Sequence record: PV654397.1
DNA length: 64,000 nucleotides
Direction: 5' to 3' (one strand)
This document shows, piece by piece, positions 9,052 through 17,587 of the stretch. The notes beneath the pieces were generated by a model. It saw only the letters and a list, made by a program, of their open reading frames with translations, did not search any database and was not told the DNA's origin. Position 1 is the first letter of the stretch. Every line of letters starts with the position of its first letter. The position numbers and the translations under genes were made by a program.

Positions 9052-9294
9052 TATTTTAACCTCATTATAAAAATACTATAGTACTGTAATGCTACAATAA
9101 TACTACTAGTGCTAATCTTATTCAAACCACATGATACTACATATCCCCCAGCATTACCACGGATAGTAACGCCTTCGTATTGTCTATATAAATTCAACTG
9201 CGTTTATTGCCTTTGATCAAGAATTGATCAGAATTATACGCCTTATGCTAAATTGATCCAGTACTTTTTTTGATCATTTATTGATCGATATTAT

Positions 9295-9348
9295 ATAGTT
9301 ACATTTGTGCACCCTATGGGTTAGTGACGTTCTCGTCTTGATGTAAGT
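9295..9348 (-). ncRNA. CCC-N3-GGGUGC motif RNA candidate, copy 4
   Basis: GACG-AGAA-CGTC hairpin then ACCCATAGGGTGC behind TTGACA-17-CATAAT (9349-9377); no ORF. Confidence 0.5.
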
Positions 9349-9381
9349 ATTATGCCAGTACTGGAGGATATTGTCAATAGA

Positions 9382-9579
9382 TTATTTTAATTTTTTTCTG
9401 TCATTGATTAATGCTTTCAGTACTATACTAATAACTTGCAATGATTCATCAATGACAATGAAATTATTCTCTTTCATTAGATGATAGTTACCATTGATTG
9501 TATATTCTAACGAGTACTGTTTACGTTTAATTTTTGATAATGTTTCTATTTGTTTTTGTACTGATTTCATGCTAATCAT
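9382..9579 (-). CDS. hypothetical protein
   Basis: ORF; AGGA SD 9 nt before ATG at 9579; start uncertain. Confidence 0.45.
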   Translation of the reverse strand: MISMKSVQKQIETLSKIKRKQYSLEYTINGNYHLMKENNFIVIDESLQVISIVLKALINDRKKLK

Positions 9580-9684
9580 TGTCAAACGTCCTGTAACGCA
9601 TTCTAACGAGATAAACGGTTTAGTACTGGCATTGTATAGGGTAAATGATTAAAGCCCACCAGCGTTAACCAGTGGGCTATAATA

Positions 9685-9828
9685 TTACATCTTGCGGATA
9701 ATCTTAACAGTATCTTTCACCGATTTACCGTTTTGCTGACATTGCTCGATCATCGCGTATTGTTCTGCGGTCAGATCCTCGCCAGTTTTTGCCAGTACTG
9801 CGTCGATGAATGAATCCAGTGCGATCAT
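9685..9828 (-). CDS. small protein (47 aa, MIALDSFI...; not in ORF track), paralog of 13888-14040
   Basis: GAGAG SD and own promoter; shared LD.F...V...E...I..C...GK....T..II.K pattern. Confidence 0.7.
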   Translation of the reverse strand: MIALDSFIDAVLAKTGEDLTAEQYAMIEQCQQNGKSVKDTVKIIRKM

Positions 9829-9918
9829 TTTGTTTCTCTCTTAGGTTAAGTTAACTACTGTTTATAAAACTTATTATACAGTACTATCAAACGTTGTCAA
9901 TAGTACTGGTAATATATT

Positions 9919-10098
9919 TTAGCGGTAGTCGTCGTATGCTTTATTCACCTGGCGAATATAACTTTCAAAGGCTTCGTCTACCGTTTCATACTCCCGAACA
10001 TAATCACCATATGAAACTACATACATACCTTTTTGATCTTCAAACGTCATGATGATAGAATCCAGACCAACGATTTCAGTTTTTGCGATGATAGCCAT
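9919..10098 (-). CDS. small hypothetical protein (59 aa, MAIIAKTE...; not in ORF track)
   Basis: AAGGA SD and own TTGACA promoter. Confidence 0.7.
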   Translation of the reverse strand: MAIIAKTEIVGLDSIIMTFEDQKGMYVVSYGDYVREYETVDEAFESYIRQVNKAYDDYR

Positions 10099-10180
10099 TT
10101 TTAATTCCTTAATAGTGTAGTTGATAAAAGTTATTATGTCAGTACTATCAAACTATGTCAATAGTACTGTGATAATATTT

Positions 10181-10393
10181 TTAGTTAATGATAGTCAGTG
10201 TAAAATTGTAATCACCTGCCTGGTATAGTACTTTGTCGCCGAACGTTCCAACACGTTTCATATTGCAATAGATACCCATAACACTTTTTACATCTTTGAT
10301 ATTCCGAACGCCAGTAATATCCTTGTTTAAATGATCGTGATCAGAAAATAAAACTTGTTTTGCATTTTTCAGTACAGTGCAGATATTAGCCAT
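10181..10393 (-). CDS. hypothetical early protein (70 aa)
   Basis: SD, promoter and leader hairpin. Confidence 0.7.
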   Translation of the reverse strand: MANICTVLKNAKQVLFSDHDHLNKDITGVRNIKDVKSVMGIYCNMKRVGTFGDKVLYQAGDYNFTLTIIN

Positions 10394-10488
10394 TTTGTTT
10401 TCTCTCTGTTAGTGGGGAGAATCATTTTCTCCCCTTGATGTAACTTATTATACAGTACTATAATCTATTGTCAAACTATTTTTTTATA

Positions 10489-10830
10489 TTATTCGAAATC
10501 TTCTGGACCGGACTGATAATCATCTTCACCGTATGCACTTTCTAACCGCTCGCCAGTGTGATCATCAGTTAGTGAGTCATCCTCATAGTTCACGTCTACG
10601 CCAGTGATGTAAAACTGGCTATCGTCTGGATCATTGAAATTAATTTTTTGGATGTTTACAATAACTGTATTGATACCCAGGACACCGCCATCAGCCGTTA
10701 CAAAGTACTGATAGTTTTCGCAACCGCCTGAATTGAAACCGTAATTAATTTCGGCCCGACCATCATTTAAACGCAGTGCCTGAGCGATGATTTCATTTTC
10801 AAAGTTAGATTGAGCAATTGAGATAGTCAT
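10489..10830 (-). CDS. acidic hypothetical early protein (113 aa)
   Basis: AAGGA SD, promoter and hairpin; D/E-rich C-terminus. Confidence 0.75.
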   Translation of the reverse strand: MTISIAQSNFENEIIAQALRLNDGRAEINYGFNSGGCENYQYFVTADGGVLGINTVIVNIQKINFNDPDDSQFYITGVDVNYEDDSLTDDHTGERLESAYGEDDYQSGPEDFE

Positions 10831-10949
10831 GATTCGTTTCCTTATTACCAGGGGAAACCGTTTCCCCTTTCGATGTAAAACATTATACGCTTATTGAGAT
10901 AGTTTGCAAGTACTTTTTAAAAATAGTTTTCAGTACTCAAACATTATAT

Positions 10950-11000
10950 AATAGATACACTTATGCACCCTGTGGGCTAGTGAGCTATCTCTCAATGAAT
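10950..11000 (-). ncRNA. CCC-N3-GGGUGC motif RNA candidate, copy 5
   Basis: TGAG-AGATAG-CTCA hairpin then GCCCACAGGGTGC...GTGTATCT behind a fused terminator/promoter (11003-11042). Confidence 0.5.
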
Positions 11001-11040
11001 ATATAATAGCAAAATGGCTGACCGGAGTCAACCACTTTTT

Positions 11041-11184
11041 TCATTTATTTTTAGCTTTTAGAATCGCCGCCTTTCGCGTCATGCCTTGCTTGATGTATTC
11101 CTGTACTTTCGCTTTACGTGCATTCGCTTTATTTGCTTTCGTAAACGCCGAACAACTTTTATAGTTTAAACCTGTTGGATTCAT
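11041..11184 (-). CDS. small basic protein (47 aa, MNPTGLNY...; not in ORF track)
   Basis: GGTG SD; Lys/Ala-rich; ends at a terminator. Confidence 0.55.
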   Translation of the reverse strand: MNPTGLNYKSCSAFTKANKANARKAKVQEYIKQGMTRKAAILKAKNK

Positions 11185-11270
11185 TTAAATCACCATAAAG
11201 AATAGATAGGTTACTAACAACGCCGCGATCAATGCACCGACCAGGGCCGAACTATAGTAAGCTAATGTTT

Positions 11271-11423
11271 TCATTTTTTAGCCTGAAAGTAATGTTTAAT
11301 TTGTGCGGCGGTCAGTGCACAATTACGCAGGAAGTTTTCTGTATAACTTTTGCGAGTACTGAAAGAGAATTGACCTTTGCCGTTGCCGATAGTAACATCA
11401 AACCGAGCGTTGTATTGTTTCAT
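11271..11423 (-). CDS. small hypothetical protein (MKQYNARF...)
   Basis: Start trimmed; AGGAG SD and leader hairpin. Confidence 0.55.
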   Translation of the reverse strand: MKQYNARFDVTIGNGKGQFSFSTRKSYTENFLRNCALTAAQIKHYFQAKK

Positions 11424-11509
11424 TTTGTTTCTCCTGTTATTGGGGAGAATCATTTCTCCCCTCTATGTAAAACATTATACGCGTTTAAAAACTAATTGCA
11501 AGTATTATT

Positions 11510-11761
11510 TTAAACGTTGTATTTTAAACTTTGTGCGACTAATTTCGCACGGTCAATCATATTCTGCCATTTTTGGATCTCTTCTGGTAGAAAACGATAT
11601 TCACCAATTACAATAGTGATACACTGGTCAGCCTTGTCGATGTATGTGGTATCAATCTCTACTTGAACGGGTACACGTTCGCCGTACTCAGTCCCTGGGA
11701 TAATGCAATCATTATCATAAGTTACAGTAGTAGCAGTGTCTTTGATTAAAATTGTTTCCAT
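11510..11761 (-). CDS. hypothetical early protein (83 aa)
   Basis: GAGGA SD, promoter and hairpin. Confidence 0.75.
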   Translation of the reverse strand: METILIKDTATTVTYDNDCIIPGTEYGERVPVQVEIDTTYIDKADQCITIVIGEYRFLPEEIQKWQNMIDRAKLVAQSLKYNV

Positions 11762-11843
11762 TATACTTTCCTCGTTAGGTGTAAGGGGAACGTTTTCCCC
11801 TTCATGTAAACTATTATACAGTACTAAAAACTAATTGCAAGTA

Positions 11844-11990
11844 CTATTTTTTAGATTTACGCAAACTTTCTACCATCTCAGGAGTAAGGCCCGGCGGGTA
11901 GGAAACTACTTCATCAACGAAACGTAAAGGGAATACCCCAGCGAAAGGTGAACGTGCTTTCTTAGTATTACTCTTTTTTGATGCTTTCAT
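11844..11990 (-). CDS. small basic protein (48 aa, MKASKKSN...; not in ORF track)
   Basis: AAGGA SD, promoter and hairpin. Confidence 0.6.
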   Translation of the reverse strand: MKASKKSNTKKARSPFAGVFPLRFVDEVVSYPPGLTPEMVESLRKSKK

Positions 11991-12059
11991 TTCATATTCC
12001 TTAATTAGTGGGGAGAATCATTTCTCCCCTTCATGTAAAACATTATACGCGTTTAAAAA

Positions 12060-12269
12060 CTAATTGCAAGTACTATTTGAAAGTAAATGCTCATACGCTA
12101 CATTAACTACGTTTTCAATAACCGACTGTACAGAAAGATCCCCCACGTCCTGGCTATAGTAGAAATCGCTTACAGTGGTGTCATCGTATGCAAATACTTT
12201 ACCAGGTACTGCATCAATCACATACATATTAACCTTTAAGATGTCGATCTTATCCTGTACAGTAAGCAT
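12060..12269 (-). CDS. hypothetical early protein (69 aa)
   Basis: ORF directly downstream of 12275-12547. Confidence 0.65.
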   Translation of the reverse strand: MLTVQDKIDILKVNMYVIDAVPGKVFAYDDTTVSDFYYSQDVGDLSVQSVIENVVNVAYEHLLSNSTCN

Positions 12270-12274
12270 ATTAA

Positions 12275-12547
12275 TTAACCTTTTAAGTACTGGCTTAAGT
12301 AGTCTTGTTGATCTTCGGTGATTGCAGCCATCTTCCCTAGTACTGGATTAATGATATAATCCCCTGTAACGTCCTGTAACGCATTCTCAGGCGGTTTAAC
12401 GGCTGGGGTAGCCATAGCCATTGCCTGGACTTGTTCGACGCTGTAACGCTCATAAAGGCGGCATTCTTCCGGTGTTAACATAGCATCAATGCGTTTCATC
12501 GGTTTAATGATGCTTTCGATCTCATTCAGTACTTGATTAACGTTCAT
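12275..12547 (-). CDS. hypothetical early protein (90 aa)
   Basis: GGGGA SD. Confidence 0.7.
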   Translation of the reverse strand: MNVNQVLNEIESIIKPMKRIDAMLTPEECRLYERYSVEQVQAMAMATPAVKPPENALQDVTGDYIINPVLGKMAAITEDQQDYLSQYLKG

Positions 12548-12598
12548 GGTATAATCCCCAATATAAGCGGCCTAAATCGACCGCTAACGATGTTTTGA

Positions 12599-12868
12599 TT
12601 AATAGGTGTATGGTTGACGTTCAAACAATGATTGCACGTTGTACGCCCCACTAATGGGCTTTGCTGGCAAATCGATTTTATATTGTTCACGCTTAAAGAT
12701 AATAAAACGGCAATTGTTTTTAACATCAAAATTGATTGAACGTTCCAGGAGTTTACCATCGTGCACAAATACAAGATAACCGCTCGCTACTTGTTTTGTA
12801 GTACTGGTTGCAACCATAGACCGACGAACATGAGTACCTGCATCGATTAAAGTACTGATATTTTTCAT
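12599..12868 (-). CDS. hypothetical early protein (89 aa)
   Basis: GAGGA SD. Confidence 0.7.
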   Translation of the reverse strand: MKNISTLIDAGTHVRRSMVATSTTKQVASGYLVFVHDGKLLERSINFDVKNNCRFIIFKREQYKIDLPAKPISGAYNVQSLFERQPYTY

Positions 12869-12948
12869 TATACGATCCTCTTAAGTTAATTTAATTTCTT
12901 TCCCCTATGCAGACACTATATCAAAGTATCTGCATAAAGTAAAGCTAA

Positions 12949-13272
12949 TTAAAGATCTTTTTTGCGTTTAACATTCTGTACAGTACAATGCAACGGGATA
13001 TTAAGATCATTGCACAAACGAGTAAGGGAGGTTTCATCAGTATTAAGCCCGTCTACTGATTCCTTTAAGAGAGATAACGCCGTTTGTTGATATGCATCTT
13101 CATAGCCATAAGTAAATGATTCAACCGCCAGATCATTCAAACCGTTATCCAGTTCGACGCTTACATGACAAGAATGATAAGTATTGCCATATGAATCAGT
13201 CCAACGTTTACCGTCAACATTGATTGCACGGATTGCAGCCAGGGAAACGGTGTTAATGATAGTTTTAGCCAT
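12949..13272 (-). CDS. early protein, paralog of 5750-6073
   Basis: RWTDSYGNTYHSC...FTYGY...VKRKKDL. Confidence 0.8.
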   Translation of the reverse strand: MAKTIINTVSLAAIRAINVDGKRWTDSYGNTYHSCHVSVELDNGLNDLAVESFTYGYEDAYQQTALSLLKESVDGLNTDETSLTRLCNDLNIPLHCTVQNVKRKKDL

Positions 13273-13361
13273 TTTTGTATTCCTTAAATTAATATGTTGT
13301 CTTGATAAAATCTATTATGCCAGTACTATCAAACTATGTCAATAGTACTGTGATAATATTT

Positions 13362-13505
13362 TTACTTACTTTTTTCTTTCTTTATTGCTTCCACCTGGTC
13401 GGCCCATTCTTTACCCCATACTTGTAAATTATAATGGTACTGGCAAAGAGCAACTCCCCGCTTTAAACCCGTAATAGATTTCTGACCACATTGACAAGTT
13501 TTCAT
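13362..13505 (-). CDS. small Cys/His protein (47 aa, MKTCQCGQ...LCQYH; not in ORF track)
   Basis: AAGGA SD, leader hairpin; CxC...CxxH possible Zn ligands. Confidence 0.65.
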   Translation of the reverse strand: MKTCQCGQKSITGLKRGVALCQYHYNLQVWGKEWADQVEAIKKEKSK

Positions 13506-13590
13506 TTTAGTTTCCTTGTAGTGGGGAGAACCATTTCTCCCCTTGATGTAATGTATTATACTTTATTCGATTTACTTTGCAAGTACTTTT

Positions 13591-13818
13591 TTAATTTAAT
13601 TCATCCAGGCAAAGGATACGCTCAACGCCCAAATCAGTTAAACTAATCGACGGCACTTGATAGGTTTCAATGTATGCTACACTTGCCCACTGACCGAACT
13701 CATTAACGGCCCAGGTATTCATTGCATTTTGCAATTCCGCACCTTCCTTGTTGGTAATGACTGCAACTACTTGTTCGTTGCCAGTAGTACCAGATACGCG
13801 AGTAATGATAATAGCCAT
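13591..13818 (-). CDS. hypothetical early protein (75 aa)
   Basis: AGGA SD and own promoter. Confidence 0.7.
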   Translation of the reverse strand: MAIIITRVSGTTGNEQVVAVITNKEGAELQNAMNTWAVNEFGQWASVAYIETYQVPSISLTDLGVERILCLDELN

Positions 13819-13887
13819 TTTTTAATTCCTATTCAGTAGTTGATGTATGTATTATGCCAGTACTTAAAACTATTGTCAAACTATTTT

Positions 13888-14040
13888 TTAAAGTTTATCA
13901 ATGATTGATGCCGTTTCATTGATAGTCTTGCCGTGTTTTGCACACGCGATAACTGCTTTAAATTCCTTTGATGACCAATCTTTCTTACTGCATACTGACA
14001 TTACTTGTAAAGTAAAACAATCCAGGTCATAAGTATTCAT
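13888..14040 (-). CDS. small protein (50 aa, MNTYDLDC...; not in ORF track), paralog of 9685-9828
   Basis: GAGGA SD; shared residue pattern with 9685-9828. Confidence 0.65.
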   Translation of the reverse strand: MNTYDLDCFTLQVMSVCSKKDWSSKEFKAVIACAKHGKTINETASIIDKL

Positions 14041-14315
14041 CTTTATATCCTCAGTTAGTTAAGGTGTCTTGCCTTGATGTAATTAATTATACGCTAATCT
14101 CTTAATCGTGCAAGTACTTTTTATTACTTTTTGCAAAATACTTTAAACGCTCTCAATCGCATTACAACGACCTTAACGCCACCAGCTAGGGCAATGCATC
14201 AGATAATCAGTTTAATGCGTTAGAATCGTTTCTAGGCGGTGCTGGTGGCCTGGTAAACGATAAACACAAAAAAGCCCACCGTTTAAGGTGGGCTAGTGAT
14301 TCAGTACTTTAATTG

Positions 14316-14798
14316 TTATGCTTCAACTTTGCGATGAGCTTCGATCCATTCCTCGCGAGTCATACCACTGGAGTTAATCGCGTCCAGTACTACCGCAATG
14401 CAGTTACCACGCACCGGAATCAGATATTCTTCCCCGTTGTCCAGTACTACCGCTACGCGTTCCTGAATCCATTTTTTGGCTTTTACTTCTGGCTTGTCTT
14501 CCCCATACTTAACCGCCAGGGCTTTTTGTGCCATCTCTGTAACTACTTCCAGATCCAATCCAACTACTGCCGCCTGGATACTTTCAATTGTTGCTTGTAG
14601 TTCTGCTTCACGGGCCGCCTTTGCCGCTTCAATTTCTGCCGCTTTATTTGCTTGTAGTTCTTTCGCAGTACTGTACGCGATGTTAAAATTATTGCGTACC
14701 GCTTTCATGGTATCGTTATCCAGTTCAGCCAGGATCTCAGCCGCGACGTTAGTTTCATTTGCTACCAGTGCTTTGATGAATGATTTTACATTAGCCAT
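14316..14798 (-). CDS. H-NS-like protein (coiled-coil N-terminus, H-NS-type C-terminal domain with altered DNA-binding loop)
   Basis: LDNGEEYLIPVRGNCIAVVLDAINSSGMTREEWI aligns without gaps to E. coli H-NS [34 protein letters not shown]; Ala/Glu-rich coiled coil ending GLDLE. Confidence 0.55.
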   Translation of the reverse strand: MANVKSFIKALVANETNVAAEILAELDNDTMKAVRNNFNIAYSTAKELQANKAAEIEAAKAAREAELQATIESIQAAVVGLDLEVVTEMAQKALAVKYGEDKPEVKAKKWIQERVAVVLDNGEEYLIPVRGNCIAVVLDAINSSGMTREEWIEAHRKVEA

Positions 14799-14859
14799 TT
14801 TATAAATCCTCAATTAAAGTTTAGTTTACGTTTATTAGTGTATCAAAGTTTTCTCGACG

Positions 14860-14915
14860 TGTCCAGTTTTTCGTTCGACTTACTGGCGGTCTACTTAGTG
14901 CTCCCCGTCTTGATG
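14860..14915 (-). ncRNA. diverged copy C of the AAG-N4-ACGAAAA hairpin RNA, in the leader of the H-NS-like gene
   Basis: ACGGGGA...AAGTAG...CCAGT-AAGTCGAACGAAAA-ACTGG. Confidence 0.45.
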
Positions 14916-15031
14916 TAATACATTCTACGCTTTTCTGTGGTAATGTCAACTACTTTCTTAAAACTATTTTCAAAGTATCTCAGTACTACGATACTACAAA
15001 AACAAAAAAGCCCACCAGGTGGGCTATGTAC

Positions 15032-15262
15032 TTAATCAGTGAGTAAAATATTAAACACTTTACCATTTAACGTTATTGGTGCACTGCTACCAGGCTCAAG
15101 ATCCGTTAATATACCTGCAATCGCTTTATCATTGGCGACCTTTCCAGTGTCCAACAGTACTACAGTACTGATAAGATTAACGCTCGTTTCAATATCATAA
15201 TGCACGGCGTTAAGTAGTTGTGTAGTACTGCTTTCGTTAAGTAAAACAATTCGCTTAGTCAT
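15032..15262 (-). CDS. hypothetical early protein (76 aa)
   Basis: GGGGT SD. Confidence 0.65.
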   Translation of the reverse strand: MTKRIVLLNESSTTQLLNAVHYDIETSVNLISTVVLLDTGKVANDKAIAGILTDLEPGSSAPITLNGKVFNILLTD

Positions 15263-15283
15263 GATGTTACCCCGTAGTATCTA

Positions 15284-15583
15284 TCAACGGCAATTAATAA
15301 CGCCGGTATGCGTTACTTTCTCAGTATCCATTACAGTGACCGAACCGCGTTTAGTACTGGCATCATAATAAATTGTTGTGCTACCGTTTTCGTCTTCTTC
15401 ATGGAACGGGCCGTTTTTAAATGCTTCCGGCTGGATCTCTAAATCCTTTAATACAATCTCGCCAGTTCTTTCATCGGTCATTGCAACAGTGCACTGAATG
15501 AATTTTTCACTACTTACATCTAATGACGCATTAACAGCGAAAGAGGAAACAGATAAAGCCAGGGCGATGATTGCAATTTTCAT
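15284..15583 (-). CDS. secreted/periplasmic protein with signal peptide and terminal Cys pair
   Basis: MKIAIIALALSVSSFAVNA signal peptide; Cys near both ends of the mature chain. Confidence 0.7.
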   Translation of the reverse strand: MKIAIIALALSVSSFAVNASLDVSSEKFIQCTVAMTDERTGEIVLKDLEIQPEAFKNGPFHEEDENGSTTIYYDASTKRGSVTVMDTEKVTHTGVINCR

Positions 15584-15667
15584 TTGATTATCCTTAGTTA
15601 CCAGGGGGAACCGCTCCCCCTTGCGATGTAAAATATTATACAGTACTAAAAACTATTATCAAGTACT

Positions 15668-15904
15668 TTATGATTTTTTATAAAACATTTCAGCCGTGAT
15701 ATTTTTACCCGTTGGTTGTACTTTATCCAGAATTTTTTGATGCCCAGGCCGTCCAAATGAATATGATCCGTAAACCGTAAACCAGTAGTTACCCTCAGTG
15801 TTTACATGTACAGCACAATAGGGTACACCCCGCGATTCATCACTAGTAAAGTGTACTACCGTTCCCGTTACATTCGCAGACGTTGATTTGATTTGTTCAA
15901 GCAT
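15668..15904 (-). CDS. hypothetical early protein (78 aa)
   Basis: AAGGA SD, promoter and hairpin. Confidence 0.7.
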   Translation of the reverse strand: MLEQIKSTSANVTGTVVHFTSDESRGVPYCAVHVNTEGNYWFTVYGSYSFGRPGHQKILDKVQPTGKNITAEMFYKKS

Positions 15905-16013
15905 TTTCTTATTCCTTAGTTACCAGGGGAACCGCTCCCCCTATGCAAAACATTATACGCGTTTAAAAACTAATTGCAAGTATTTTAATAAAAAGTATTT
16001 GAAAAAATAGTTG

Positions 16014-16042
16014 TTGACAAGTGCATCCAGTACTGGCATAAT
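16014..16042 (+). promoter_or_regulatory. plus-strand sigma70 promoter antisense to the early genes
   Basis: TTGACA-17-CATAAT with AGTACT 9 bp after the -35. Confidence 0.75.
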
Positions 16043-16047
16043 TACTA

Positions 16048-16145
16048 CATCAAGACGAAACAGTCACTAACCCACCGGGTGCCGAGATCCGTCTATTAAA
16101 TGATTCAGTACTGAAAAAGTAACGGGGAGTTATTATCTCCCCGCG
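16048..16145 (+). ncRNA. CCC-N3-GGGUGC motif RNA candidate, copy 6
   Basis: GAC-GAAACA-GTC hairpin, ACCCACCGGGTGC, ends at hairpin CGGGGAG-TTATTAT-CTCCCCG; no ORF. Confidence 0.55.
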
Positions 16146-16148
16146 TTG

Positions 16149-16370
16149 TTATTTTGTAAGGTATAAACAGAAGTCACCTTTATTTGCTACGCCGCCAGTG
16201 TAACGCGAGGAATAGTTAGAAACGTCCTGGACTTCTGCTATTACCAGGGTATCATCATTCAATTCGTCGCAGAAGCAAACGGCTGGATCTTGTACGCCGA
16301 TTTTGTCAGCATGTTCCCGCATAGATTTAACCAGTGCTTCCAGTTGGGAAAGAGTAGTGATATTAGCCAT
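16149..16370 (-). CDS. hypothetical early protein (MANITTLS...)
   Basis: Start trimmed; GAGGA SD and hairpin. Confidence 0.7.
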   Translation of the reverse strand: MANITTLSQLEALVKSMREHADKIGVQDPAVCFCDELNDDTLVIAEVQDVSNYSSRYTGGVANKGDFCLYLTK

Positions 16371-16454
16371 TGTATTTTCCTCATTACCAGGGAGAACCAT
16401 TTCTCCCTTTGATGTAAACCATTATACAGTACTGAAAACTAATTGCAAGTACTT

Positions 16455-16643
16455 TTAATTAAATTCCATAAAATCATTTTCAACGTGCACAACAATCTGA
16501 TTATTTTTAAAGGACGCAGAAAACTCTATACAATCATAAACCGCTTTTTCTGTTACCAGACTATGAGCACCAATCGGATTAATTGGGGATTGAATTGTTT
16601 CAATCTCGTTACCTTGTTCATTAACGATTAAAATATTAAACAT
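16455..16643 (-). CDS. hypothetical early protein (62 aa)
   Basis: AGGAG SD; promoter leader duplicated at 16870-16910. Confidence 0.7.
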   Translation of the reverse strand: MFNILIVNEQGNEIETIQSPINPIGAHSLVTEKAVYDCIEFSASFKNNQIVVHVENDFMEFN

Positions 16644-16682
16644 TGCCGTTACTCCTGGATAGTGTTAACTCGATATAAAGTA

Positions 16683-16865
16683 TTATACGCCTTTATTGCT
16701 TAGTGTCCAGTGATCACGCATCATACGCCCCGCACGATCCCAGCTAGTAGGCATGGGTATGCCTTGCAATTCGTTAGGGGAGATCTCGACCTCGATCCCT
16801 ACATCAATAACAGTCATTCCAGCTTTCGCAGCTTGCTCGCGGATAACCTCAGATAATGTTGTCAT
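16683..16865 (-). CDS. hypothetical early protein (60 aa)
   Basis: AGGAG SD and own promoter. Confidence 0.65.
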   Translation of the reverse strand: MTTLSEVIREQAAKAGMTVIDVGIEVEISPNELQGIPMPTSWDRAGRMMRDHWTLSNKGV

Positions 16866-16939
16866 GATTAAAGCTCCTGGATAGTGTTAACTCGATATAA
16901 AGTATTATACAGTACTGAAAACTAATTGCAAGTACTTTT

Positions 16940-17200
16940 TCAATATTGTTTGTCGTCGTCTTCCTCGATGAATTGACCGACGAAATGATCTACTTTCGCT
17001 TTGAGGCTTTTATAATCTTCTTCTACTTCCTTTAAACGTTCCTGGTAGTATTCCAGTGCTTGAATATACGCCGCCTCAGCAGTTTTTGCACGCATAGCTA
17101 AATTCATTCCACGCGTTTCATCAAATAGCCAATAACCATCGGTGCAATGACTGATAGATAATGATTTACTTAGTGCTGTATAGCTAATTACTTTACTCAT
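16940..17200 (-). CDS. hypothetical phage protein with C-terminal coiled coil (86 aa)
   Basis: GAGGG SD; YWLFDETRGMNLAMRAKT motif typical of phage early proteins (recollection, not searched). Confidence 0.75.
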   Translation of the reverse strand: MSKVISYTALSKSLSISHCTDGYWLFDETRGMNLAMRAKTAEAAYIQALEYYQERLKEVEEDYKSLKAKVDHFVGQFIEEDDDKQY

Positions 17201-17257
17201 TAGATAACCCTCAGTAAAGGCGGGAACTATTACCCGCCATTATCTCAGTACTGAATA

Positions 17258-17497
17258 TTACATTCCAACCATTGCAGCACGGATCGCAGTAGTGCTATAC
17301 TTAAAGCCGTCCGGCGTTGTAGTAGTACCGTTGGCTTTTAATCTGCGGTACATACATTCCGCAGCAATATCTTTAGTTCTACTTTGTGCGATGCAACTTT
17401 GAGCAAGCCGATACAATGACTCACCGTTATTAATCCAAAGGCTTACATTCCAATGAGTTTTGTTTTTGTGACCGTTGTAAGTTTTAGTACTAGCCAT
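17258..17497 (-). CDS. early protein, paralog of 19300-19539
   Basis: Shared GHKNKTHWNVSLWINN and TPDGFKYSTTAIRAAMVGM. Confidence 0.8.
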   Translation of the reverse strand: MASTKTYNGHKNKTHWNVSLWINNGESLYRLAQSCIAQSRTKDIAAECMYRRLKANGTTTTPDGFKYSTTAIRAAMVGM

Positions 17498-17587
17498 TTT
17501 TAAATCCTCGTTTGAGCGGGGAACCACTCCCCGCCTCGATATAAAGTATTATACGCTTTTAAACTTAGTTTGCAAGTACTTTTTAAA

